A stretch of DNA of 64,000 bases from an uncultured bacterium (lineage in GTDB: Bacteria > Patescibacteriota > Minisyncoccia > Phycocordibacterales > PALSA-1337), in contig CAWKMY010000004.1 in assembly GCA_963851055.1 (NCBI GenBank), positions 16,677 through 80,676 of the forward strand, in the 5' to 3' direction. Below the pieces are notes generated by a model. It was given only the letters and a program-made list of their open reading frames with translations. It was not told the origin of the DNA and searched no databases. Below, piece after piece: positions 1-9,378 of this stretch (position 1 is the first letter of the stretch; each line of letters begins with the position of its first letter). The position numbers and the translations under genes are program-made.

Positions 1-1897
<1,897 letters not shown>

Positions 1898-1935
1898 TGT
1901 TTCTATAATATAAGATTGTACGCTATAATTGTACC
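1898..1935. promoter_or_regulatory. 38-bp divergent promoter region (PfkB kinase <-> aldolase)
   Basis: TATAAT at 1924-1929 lies 6 nt before the aldolase ATG at 1936. On the other strand, TACAAT (rc 1915-1920) and TATTAT lie 7-17 nt before the kinase ATG. Confidence 0.35.
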
Positions 1936-2814
1936 ATGTTATCCCTGCGAGAATATGTGGAACAAGCCCGTGAAAAGCATGTCGCCATAGGCCATTTCAA
2001 CATCTCCACTCTTGATGGTGTATGGGCTGTAGCAGATGCGGCGGAAGCTCTGAATGTGCCAGTTATCATCGGCGTCTCCGAGGGCGAGCGCGACTATGTC
2101 GGCATCAAAGAAGCCGTGGCCATAATTAAGTCTATTCGCGAAGGACGCGGCCAGCCTATTTTTCTCAATGCCGACCATACTTATTCATTTGATCGGGTCA
2201 AAGAGGCTATAGATGCCGGTTTCGACGCGGTTATATTCGATGGCGCTCAATTATCATTAGAAGACAATATTGCTACAGCAAAGAAGTGTGTCGAGTATGC
2301 AAAGAGTCATAAGTCCGCTTCCGGTCACGATATCCTCGTCGAAGGGGAGTTGGGTTATATAGGCAAATCTTCAGAGGTAATGACATCAGTCCCGACTGGC
2401 GTTCAATTGACCAGTCCGGAAGACGCGGCCAGATTTGCAAAAGAGACGGGCGTGGATTTCCTTGCTCCCGCGGTGGGAAATTTCCACGGACTTCTGGAAG
2501 GCAACCGCGAGCTCACCCTCAAAGCAAAAAAGATAGATCCGGAGCGCGTATCAGAGATAAGTCAGGCTACCGGTCTGCCGCTCGTATTGCATGGCGGCTC
2601 CGGCCAAGGCGATGAGTTGGTCGTAAAGGCTATAAAAGCCGGTGTAGCGATCGTTCACGTCAATACCGAATTGCGCGTGGCCTATCGGTCAGGTCTAATG
2701 AAGTCGCTTTCAGAGAATCCGGATGAGGTCGCGCCTTATAAGTATCTGAAACCGGCAAAATTGGCCATGCAAAAGGTTGTGGAAGAGAAGCTTAAAGTAT
2801 TTAACAATCTTTGA
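1936..2814 (+). CDS. fba: class II fructose/ketose-bisphosphate aldolase
   Basis: 292 aa with HFNISTLDG, LNADHT, GELGYIGKSS, NFHG, LVLHGGSG and VNTELR motifs. It ends with TGA. Confidence 0.85.
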   Translation: MLSLREYVEQAREKHVAIGHFNISTLDGVWAVADAAEALNVPVIIGVSEGERDYVGIKEAVAIIKSIREGRGQPIFLNADHTYSFDRVKEAIDAGFDAVIFDGAQLSLEDNIATAKKCVEYAKSHKSASGHDILVEGELGYIGKSSEVMTSVPTGVQLTSPEDAARFAKETGVDFLAPAVGNFHGLLEGNRELTLKAKKIDPERVSEISQATGLPLVLHGGSGQGDELVVKAIKAGVAIVHVNTELRVAYRSGLMKSLSENPDEVAPYKYLKPAKLAMQKVVEEKLKVFNNL

Positions 2815-2839
2815 TACAAATGTTATAATACATCTCGTT

Positions 2840-3085
2840 ATGTCTAACGTAGAATTCGATACAGATCTCGATAATAACCCACGTTACGCGCAGCAGGCTT
2901 CGGCGGGAGCTATATCCAGTCGGAATGGCGCATATGGCCATCCACAAAGTCGCGGCATGGCTGGCTGGCTGGTGGCTCATGGTATAGTCAGTGGCGATTC
3001 AAGCGCCAAGACTGTGCTCATAGGCATAGTTTGCATAAATTTCTTGGCCGCTGCGCTAATCCTTTATTTCTTCGTCTTGCGCTAG
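2840..3085 (+). CDS. hypothetical small tail-anchored membrane protein
   Basis: The ATG at 2840 follows TGTTATAAT and lies downstream of the aldolase stop. One C-terminal hydrophobic helix (VLIGIVCINFLAAALILYFFVL). Confidence 0.45.
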   Translation: MSNVEFDTDLDNNPRYAQQASAGAISSRNGAYGHPQSRGMAGWLVAHGIVSGDSSAKTVLIGIVCINFLAAALILYFFVLR

Positions 3086-3114
3086 TTTTTATAAAATATT
3101 AATTTCAAATACAA

Positions 3115-3231
3115 ATGAAACATTTGAAGCATCAATCGCCGCCATTGCCTTTATCAGTCAAAATCATATTCATAGCAGTCATTATCTCAAACGTGGTGAC
3201 GGCAATATGGGTATTTAAATTTCTATCATGA
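3115..3231 (+). CDS. possible 38-aa membrane micro-ORF, ATGA-coupled to the pilin gene
   Basis: MKHLKHQSPPLPLSVKIIFIAVIISNVVTAIWVFKFLS. Its TGA (3229-3231) overlaps the ATG (3228-3230) of the next gene. It is below the ORF-track size cut-off. Confidence 0.25.
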   Translation: MKHLKHQSPPLPLSVKIIFIAVIISNVVTAIWVFKFLS

Positions 3232-4049
3232 AGACCTATCTCATAAAAAATCGCGGCTTTACCCTCATCGAATTGCTCGTAGTTATTTCCATCATAGGTC
3301 TTCTATCGTCCATCATATTGGCGTCTTTGAATAATGCCAGACAGAAGGGCGTTATTGCCGCGGCTTTGGAATTTGCCGCTACGAATTATCATGCGTTGGG
3401 TGCCAATGCCATCGGGTATTGGAATTTTGACGAAGGAAGTGGACCACCATTGGATTCTTCTGGCAATGGTCTTAATTTTTTACAGTCAATAACTTACGCC
3501 AATACCAATCCTACGCCACCAAGTGGTAGTGGATACGCTGCCGATTTTAGAGTGAGATCCTCGGCCCTTTCTCTGACGTTCCCAAGCACTATGACGACAT
3601 TACCAGCGACATTCAGTTATTCTACTTGGGTTTATCCAACAAGTGTTTGGAATAATGGTTATGGAGATTGGGTTTTGGAGATTTCTTCTAACCTTGCTAT
3701 CGTGATTGACGCTAACAATATTGCTTATTGCATTAATTATTACGGTGATGGTTCTATTTTTGGCCAGGATAAGTCTTCGAGAACCATTCCGTTGAATGTT
3801 TGGACTCAGATTACATGTAGTTATGATGGCACAAATATGACTACATATATAAATGGTAACCCTGATACAAAATTAAGTGCAAATATTTCTGGCCAATTAG
3901 GATCAACAAATTTATTTATAGGAGAAGGTCCACAAAACTTCCATGGTCTCATGGACGATGTAGCTATCTACGGTCAATCACTCTCTCAAGCTCAAGTAAA
4001 AAACCTCTACGCCCTCGGTGCGGCAAAGCATGGCATTACGCTAAAGTAA
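3228..4049 (+). CDS. type IV pilin-like protein (prepilin N-terminus) with LamG/ConA-like lectin C-domain
   Basis: N-terminal KNRG|FTLIELLVVISIIGLL matches a class III signal and N-methylation motif. The C-terminal ..LFIGEGPQNFHGLMDDVAIYGQSLSQAQVKNLY resembles LamG domains. Confidence 0.8.
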   Translation: MKTYLIKNRGFTLIELLVVISIIGLLSSIILASLNNARQKGVIAAALEFAATNYHALGANAIGYWNFDEGSGPPLDSSGNGLNFLQSITYANTNPTPPSGSGYAADFRVRSSALSLTFPSTMTTLPATFSYSTWVYPTSVWNNGYGDWVLEISSNLAIVIDANNIAYCINYYGDGSIFGQDKSSRTIPLNVWTQITCSYDGTNMTTYINGNPDTKLSANISGQLGSTNLFIGEGPQNFHGLMDDVAIYGQSLSQAQVKNLYALGAAKHGITLK

Positions 4050-4126
4050 TATATAGGTCGAACCTCAGTGAGGCCGGATCTCAAGGCGGATTTGCATTTT
4101 CCAGCCGTTCATGTAAGATATCGGAC

Positions 4127-4834
4127 ATGTTGTCATTAGTTGTCGAACGCCGAGAAGGCGCCAAAAACGAGGTTTTGAGGAAAGCAGGCAAGATTCCTGC
4201 CGTCTTTTATGGTCCAAAAGAAGCCTCAACTTCTGTTGCTATAAACACAAAAGAATTCGCCAAGATCTGGAAGAAAGCCGGTGAATCCTCGGTCATTATT
4301 CTCAAAGATGGTACGACCGAGCACGAAGCTCTCATTCACGAAGTGGACAAGCATCCTCTCACGGGCGAACCTCGTCATGCTGATTTCTATGTTATCGAAA
4401 AGGGAAAGAAAGTCACCGTCAGTGTTCCTATCATATTTGTTGGAATTTCTCCTGCGGTTAAAGACAAGGGTGGTATTCTGGTAAAAGTCCATCGCGATAT
4501 CGAGGTGGAAGCCGGAGCTCGCGATTTGCCGCACGATTTGACCGTAGATATCTCCAAACTTATAGAATTGAATAGCGTTATTCATGCCAAGGACATTATT
4601 CTTCCGAAAGGCGTAGATTTGAAGATCAATCCTGATGAAGTCGTAGCATCCATAGCTGAAGCCAAGGAAGAAGTTGTCGAAGCTCCTGCCGCCATCGACA
4701 TGTCATCTATCGAAGTTGAAGCCAAGGGCAAGGAAGTTAAGGAAGGCGAAGCTCCTGCCGGTGATGCTGGTAAGGGCGGTGCCGCCGATGCGAAGGGAGG
4801 TGGCGATGCGAAGAAGTCTCCTGAGAAGAAATAA
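4127..4834 (+). CDS. rplY: ribosomal protein bL25 (Ctc form) with Lys/Gly/Ala-rich tail
   Basis: RKAGKIPAVFYG, HADFY and the two-domain length (235 aa). Confidence 0.85.
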   Translation: MLSLVVERREGAKNEVLRKAGKIPAVFYGPKEASTSVAINTKEFAKIWKKAGESSVIILKDGTTEHEALIHEVDKHPLTGEPRHADFYVIEKGKKVTVSVPIIFVGISPAVKDKGGILVKVHRDIEVEAGARDLPHDLTVDISKLIELNSVIHAKDIILPKGVDLKINPDEVVASIAEAKEEVVEAPAAIDMSSIEVEAKGKEVKEGEAPAGDAGKGGAADAKGGGDAKKSPEKK

Positions 4835-4854
4835 AAATACTCAAACTGTTTTGG

Positions 4855-4880
4855 AAGGGCGCCTCCGGCGCCTTTTCTGT
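4855..4880 (+). terminator. putative intrinsic terminator after rplY
   Basis: GGCGCC-TCC-GGCGCC hairpin followed by TTTTCT. Confidence 0.5.
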
Positions 4881-4886
4881 TATAAT
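4878..4886 (+). promoter_or_regulatory. extended -10 box TGTTATAAT, 6 nt before GTG 4893
   Basis: TGnTATAAT match by eye. The spacing implies a leaderless or near-leaderless start. Confidence 0.35.
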
Positions 4887-4892
4887 AGACTC

Positions 4893-6269
4893 GTGAATAT
4901 AGCAGTAAAAAGCGCTTTTTTTGTTGCGATTTTCGTCGCTATGCTGATTTCAGCCGTAGCTCTTACGTCCCGTTTTGTTAATGCCCAAACCCTGCAATGC
5001 AACACTGCCGCCGAAAAAGTCGCTTGTCAGAACGCTCTCAACCAAGCTCTGGCTGACGAGGCGGCCGCCCAAGCCCAACTCACGCAAGCCCAAGGCAAAA
5101 GCGCCACCCTGACACAAGCCATAGCCCTTCTAACGGCCAAAATCAATGCCGCCGAGGCCCAGATCAAAGCCGAAAATATCCTTATACAGACGCTCGGTAG
5201 CGATATAGTAGACAAACAGAATCATATAACCGATCTAGAAACACACATAGCGACAGGTAAACAGACTCTAGCTGATATTCTCCGTAAGACGAATGAGCTC
5301 GACGCTTATTCTTTGCCGGAAGTTCTTTTATCGCAATCGACTGTCACTGGTTTTTTTAATGATATTGATACTTTTCAAGCTGTTCAGAACGGTCTTGAAA
5401 ATACCTTCAATATGCTTCGGACCGACGAGGCTTCGACTAGCGCAGAGAAAGATGCTCTGACCGTGCGGCAAAATACAGAAGAGGATGCCCGCTACGCTAT
5501 CCAGCAGCAGGAAGCTTCCGTTAAGAGCGATCAGGCCGAACAGAAACAGCTACTCTCCATCAGCAAAGGAAATGAAAAGGCTTATACGACGGTAGTGGCA
5601 CAGAAAGCCGCTCAAGCGGCACAAATAAGAGCGGCCCTATTCCCATTGGCTGGAGGTGGAAAGTCCATACCATTCGGCACAGCATACCAATATGCCCAAG
5701 TAGTCCAACAAAAGACTGGTGTGCCGCCCGCATTCCTTCTCGCTATCCTTACTCAAGAAACCAACCTCGGCGGCAATGTCGGCACATGTTATCTCACCGA
5801 TCCGAGTAGCGGTTCCGGTATCAACATAAAGACCGGCGCCATGATGGCCAAGGTCATGAGCCCGACTCGTGATGTTCAGCCATTCCTTCAGATCGTCCAA
5901 TCTCTCGGCGGTGACTATACGAAGACGGTAGTCTCATGTCCACAATCGGTCGGATGGGGCGGAGCTATGGGACCTGCCCAATTTATCGCTTCCACTTGGA
6001 TGCTACTCAAGGATCGCATTGCGGCAGCTATGGGCGATAGTACGCCTAGCCCGTGGGATCCACAGGATGCTTTCATGGCCGCTGGACTTTATCTGTCTGA
6101 CCTTGGTGCAGGTTCAACTAGTTATACTGCGCAGAAGAACGCCGCCTGTAAATATTATTCTGGTCGCGCTTGCGGATATGTCACAGGTGCTACCGCCTAC
6201 GGCAATAGCGTTCTGGCCTTAGCAAATCAGATACAGACGACGGAGATAGATGCTCTGCAGGGGCTATAG
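4893..6269 (+). CDS. secreted coiled-coil protein with C-terminal lytic transglycosylase-like domain
   Basis: The GTG at 4893 gives a signal peptide (VNIAVKSAFFVAIFVAMLISAVALTSRFVNA|Q). A long Ala/Gln coiled coil follows, then LLAILTQETNLG and GAMGPAQFIASTW (MltB/SLT-like motifs). The ORF-track start at 4674 overlaps rplY and was rejected. Confidence 0.7.
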   Translation: MNIAVKSAFFVAIFVAMLISAVALTSRFVNAQTLQCNTAAEKVACQNALNQALADEAAAQAQLTQAQGKSATLTQAIALLTAKINAAEAQIKAENILIQTLGSDIVDKQNHITDLETHIATGKQTLADILRKTNELDAYSLPEVLLSQSTVTGFFNDIDTFQAVQNGLENTFNMLRTDEASTSAEKDALTVRQNTEEDARYAIQQQEASVKSDQAEQKQLLSISKGNEKAYTTVVAQKAAQAAQIRAALFPLAGGGKSIPFGTAYQYAQVVQQKTGVPPAFLLAILTQETNLGGNVGTCYLTDPSSGSGINIKTGAMMAKVMSPTRDVQPFLQIVQSLGGDYTKTVVSCPQSVGWGGAMGPAQFIASTWMLLKDRIAAAMGDSTPSPWDPQDAFMAAGLYLSDLGAGSTSYTAQKNAACKYYSGRACGYVTGATAYGNSVLALANQIQTTEIDALQGL

Positions 6270-6293
6270 GAGTAAGAAGCAGGAAGCAGGGAG
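6265..6293. repeat. left arm of inverted repeat (includes TAG stop of the 4893-6269 gene)
   Basis: TATAGGAGTAAGAAGCAGGAAGCAGGGAG. Its reverse complement recurs at 7175-7210 with one 7-nt insertion. Confidence 0.85.
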
Positions 6294-6328
6294 GAAGGAG
6301 AAAACACCCAAAAAATTCTGAAGGGGTG

Positions 6329-6334
6329 TATAAT
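6329..6334 (+). promoter_or_regulatory. -10 box TATAAT, 7 nt before ATG 6342
   Basis: ggtgTATAATtcgggagATG. Confidence 0.35.
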
Positions 6335-6341
6335 TCGGGAG

Positions 6342-6725
6342 ATGAATACACCAGTAAAGACATTTTTTGATTTAAATGTGTGGCAAGAGGGCAGGAAGCT
6401 CACAAAAATTGTCTATGATAAGACGCAGCATTTTCCAATGGAGGAAAGATTTGGTCTAACTTCCCAAATGAGACGAGCTTCTGTGTCAGTTATTGCAAAT
6501 ATAGCTGAAGGTTTTGGACGTACTTCAATTAAAGAGAAATTGAATTTTTATAATCAGGCCCACGGGTCATTAACCGAGCTACAGAGCCATACTTTCATTG
6601 CTAATGACTTGCAGTACCTTTCTAAAGAGGAGACCGATGAATTATTTGCTAAAATGCAAAATTCCCAAGCACTTCTTCAGGGATTGGTGAGGTCAACACG
6701 GAAAAGACTTACTACATCATTATGA
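6342..6725 (+). CDS. four-helix-bundle protein ('23S rRNA intervening-sequence protein' family)
   Basis: FDLNVWQEGRKL..FPMEERFGLTSQMRRASVSVIANIAEGFGR is the family hallmark. Confidence 0.85.
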   Translation: MNTPVKTFFDLNVWQEGRKLTKIVYDKTQHFPMEERFGLTSQMRRASVSVIANIAEGFGRTSIKEKLNFYNQAHGSLTELQSHTFIANDLQYLSKEETDELFAKMQNSQALLQGLVRSTRKRLTTSL

Positions 6726-7165
6726 AAATTAATTACAACAAAGAAGATGTTGCTGACCATCACGGTGTTGCAGCCGTGATAAAGAACGAAAAAGGCGAGA
6801 TATTAGTGCAAGAACATGTGAAATATGGTTTTTGGACAATTCCAGTTGGTAAGGTTAAAAATGCTCAAAATGTTGATGATGGACTAAAGGAAGAAATATT
6901 AGAAGAGACTGATTTAAATGTTTTAGAAGCCAGAGAAATTGTGGTAAAAGATTATTTCTATGAAAGAAATGGAAAAAGCATAAAAGTGATCAGCCATTTA
7001 TTTGAGATCCTGAGGTATTCTGGGAAATTAAATAATCTTGAGCCTCATAAACATAGCCAGCAATTATTTATGTCAATTGATCAAATTAAAACATTGCCGT
7101 ATCTATCTGATCTGACTTTGTTATATCTGGAACAGGTAGGCTTTAAAAGGCCAGCTCGCATTTGA
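6722..7165 (+). CDS. NUDIX hydrolase
   Basis: Nudix-box-like GKVKNAQNVDDGLKEEILEETDL. It overlaps the upstream gene by 4 nt. Confidence 0.8.
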   Translation: MKINYNKEDVADHHGVAAVIKNEKGEILVQEHVKYGFWTIPVGKVKNAQNVDDGLKEEILEETDLNVLEAREIVVKDYFYERNGKSIKVISHLFEILRYSGKLNNLEPHKHSQQLFMSIDQIKTLPYLSDLTLLYLEQVGFKRPARI

Positions 7166-7174
7166 GCTAGTCAT

Positions 7175-7210
7175 CTCCCTGCTTCCTGCTTCTTTCTCCT
7201 TACTCCTATA
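7175..7210. repeat. right arm of inverted repeat (includes TAG stop of rnj)
   Basis: The reverse complement reads TATAGGAGTAAG-GAGAAAG-AAGCAGGAAGCAGGGAG. Confidence 0.85.
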
Positions 7211-9335
7211 TCGTAAGAATAACCGGTATAACCATCGGCCTCTTGGCTGTTTTTTGCAACAGATACTTGGAAACGGCGTCAGTGATATTATCTTTAACGA
7301 TATCAACACTGAATGGATTCATGCCTTTTGTTGAACGTTCAGCTGTATCTTTTACCAGCAAACGGACCTCGTGAAGAAGTTCCTGATTTTCGCGCAAATA
7401 GACGAAGCCGCGAGATATGATATCAGGGGATTTCTTGAGCTTACCGGTCTGGGCATTCATGATGCCAAAGACTATGAATATGCCGTCTTCAGCCAGAGCT
7501 TTGCGGTCGCGGATGACGACATCCTGAACATCTCCGACAGAGAAGCCGTCGACGAGAACTAGACCTGATGCTGCTTTTTCCTTGAGTTTGACTATCTTGG
7601 TGCCGCCGTTCTGGATCTCGACGACATTGCCATTATCAGGAATAATGACATCTGATTCCAGAAGTCCATTTGCCTCTTTTGCTACGTCGCCGTGGGCGCG
7701 CAGCATGTAGTGATAACCGTGTAGAGGCATGAAGAATTTCGGGTGAATCTTACGGTGTATCCAAGCCGTCTCATCGCGATTGGCATGACCTGAAGAGTGA
7801 ACGTCGGCGATCTTGTAGTGAAGGATCTTGGCGCCTTGGCGGGAAAGATTGTCCTTGAGCTTCTGGATCGGTCGTTCGTTGCCGGGGATGACCGACGAAG
7901 ATAGGACGACTGTATCACGCGGTGTGATTTTGATCTTGGCATGGGTCTTGTTGGACATGCGCACCAGAGCGGAGAAATCATTTGCCTGGGCTCCTGTCGA
8001 AAGGATGACGATGCGATCAGGAGGGAAGTTCTCGATATCGTCAACGGAAATGATTGTTTCCTTTTTGGCCTTGAGGAGGCCGAGATGTTTACAGACGTCT
8101 ATATTCTGTTTGAGGCTACGGCCTTCAACGACTACTCTCTTGCCATAAAGCTCGGCGAATTCGACTATCTTTAGCAAACGTTCGAGAAGGGAAGAGAAAG
8201 TAGCGATGATGAGGCGGCCCTGCATATTCTTGATGATATTCTCGAGGTTCTTGTGCACGACGCGCTCTGACAGGGAGAAGCCTGGGTTCTCGACGTTGGT
8301 AGAATCAGCCATGAGCATGAGGACATTGGTTGGGCTTGCCACCGGATTGCCATATGAGTTCAAACCGCCGACTATAGGGAAGGCTCGGTCGTATTCGGCT
8401 TCTTCATTGGTTGTTGGCACTCCATCATCGTGATCTAGTTTGAGGTCGCCGGTGTGCACTATAGAGCCATATGGAGTCTCTATGATGACACCCATGGAGT
8501 CAGGAATAGTATGCGTCACAGCGAAGAACTTTATCCTGATCTTTCCAACCGTGATAGTCGAATTTTTCTCAACGACTTGGATATCTAGTTTCGGAAGACC
8601 AGGGAATTCCTCCTGGCGTTTCTGTATAAGGACTGAAGTCAAAAGACGCGTGTATAGAGGCGGATTGCCTATGCGCGGCATGATATATGGTATGCCGCCT
8701 ATGTGGTCGAGGTGGCCGTGGGTGATGACTACTGCACGTATCTTGTCCTGGCGCTCCTCGAGATATTTCGTGTTGGGCAATATGAAATCAATGCCCGGTG
8801 TATCGTCGTCCTTGAATTGGAAACCGATATCTATAACTACTATATCGTCGCCATACTGTATGCAGGTCATATTTTTGCCGATCTCTTCCACGCCTCCAAG
8901 AGGGATGATGCGGATAGAATCGGCCGCTAATGCAGGCACTACGTCGCCTTCACGGCGCACGGCAGGCTTGGCCGATGGACCGCGGCGGAAGGATTTGGCG
9001 GCATCTGGACGTACGATATTCATGCGGGCACCGGCTATATGTCGAGCAAGCAACGGGGCGTGCTTTACTGTTGAAAATTGCTTATTTCCGGTAAAAGGCG
9101 TGCGCGCTCGAAATTGGCTAGAAGCGGGCCTTCTGAAAGGCGCAATTTTGCGTGCTCCGCGGCCCATGACGATGCGGTGGCCATTCGGTGCCGTAGTGTC
9201 TGCCGGGCTAGCAGGCGCTACTCCTCCGGAGACATTTTCTGTGCGGATGATGCGTGTCCGGTTGAATCGGTTGATGAATGGTCTCTTGGGGCGGAAATTT
9301 CCGCCGGGTTGATTTCTGTTTTGTTCGTTGTTCAT
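7206..9335 (-). CDS. rnj: ribonuclease J with ~140-aa Arg-rich N-terminal extension
   Basis: The MBL motif VITHGHLDHIGG, the beta-CASP region and HSSGHA are present. 709 aa. Confidence 0.9.
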   Translation of the reverse strand: MNNEQNRNQPGGNFRPKRPFINRFNRTRIIRTENVSGGVAPASPADTTAPNGHRIVMGRGARKIAPFRRPASSQFRARTPFTGNKQFSTVKHAPLLARHIAGARMNIVRPDAAKSFRRGPSAKPAVRREGDVVPALAADSIRIIPLGGVEEIGKNMTCIQYGDDIVVIDIGFQFKDDDTPGIDFILPNTKYLEERQDKIRAVVITHGHLDHIGGIPYIMPRIGNPPLYTRLLTSVLIQKRQEEFPGLPKLDIQVVEKNSTITVGKIRIKFFAVTHTIPDSMGVIIETPYGSIVHTGDLKLDHDDGVPTTNEEAEYDRAFPIVGGLNSYGNPVASPTNVLMLMADSTNVENPGFSLSERVVHKNLENIIKNMQGRLIIATFSSLLERLLKIVEFAELYGKRVVVEGRSLKQNIDVCKHLGLLKAKKETIISVDDIENFPPDRIVILSTGAQANDFSALVRMSNKTHAKIKITPRDTVVLSSSVIPGNERPIQKLKDNLSRQGAKILHYKIADVHSSGHANRDETAWIHRKIHPKFFMPLHGYHYMLRAHGDVAKEANGLLESDVIIPDNGNVVEIQNGGTKIVKLKEKAASGLVLVDGFSVGDVQDVVIRDRKALAEDGIFIVFGIMNAQTGKLKKSPDIISRGFVYLRENQELLHEVRLLVKDTAERSTKGMNPFSVDIVKDNITDAVSKYLLQKTAKRPMVIPVILTI

Positions 9336-9346
9336 TTCTGGTTTTT

Positions 9347-9378
9347 ATTATTATCTTCTAACTCCCAACTCCTAACTT
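9347..9378 (-). repeat. post-stop 7-nt periodic repeat
   Basis: Minus-strand sense: TAG|AAGTTAG GAGTTGG GAGTTAG AAGATAA TAATAA. It directly follows the stop of the 9379-11130 gene. Confidence 0.5.

Noticed and set aside
4674-4892. ORF-track TTG start at 4674 for the transglycosylase-like gene
   Set aside because: That start would overlap the last 160 nt of rplY and run through its terminator hairpin. The GTG at 4893 yields a proper signal peptide.
8440-9312. 290-aa plus-strand ORF
   Set aside because: It lies entirely antisense to the strongly supported RNase J gene. Its Arg/Ser/Trp/Met-rich composition is typical of an off-strand reading, and no motif was recognised.
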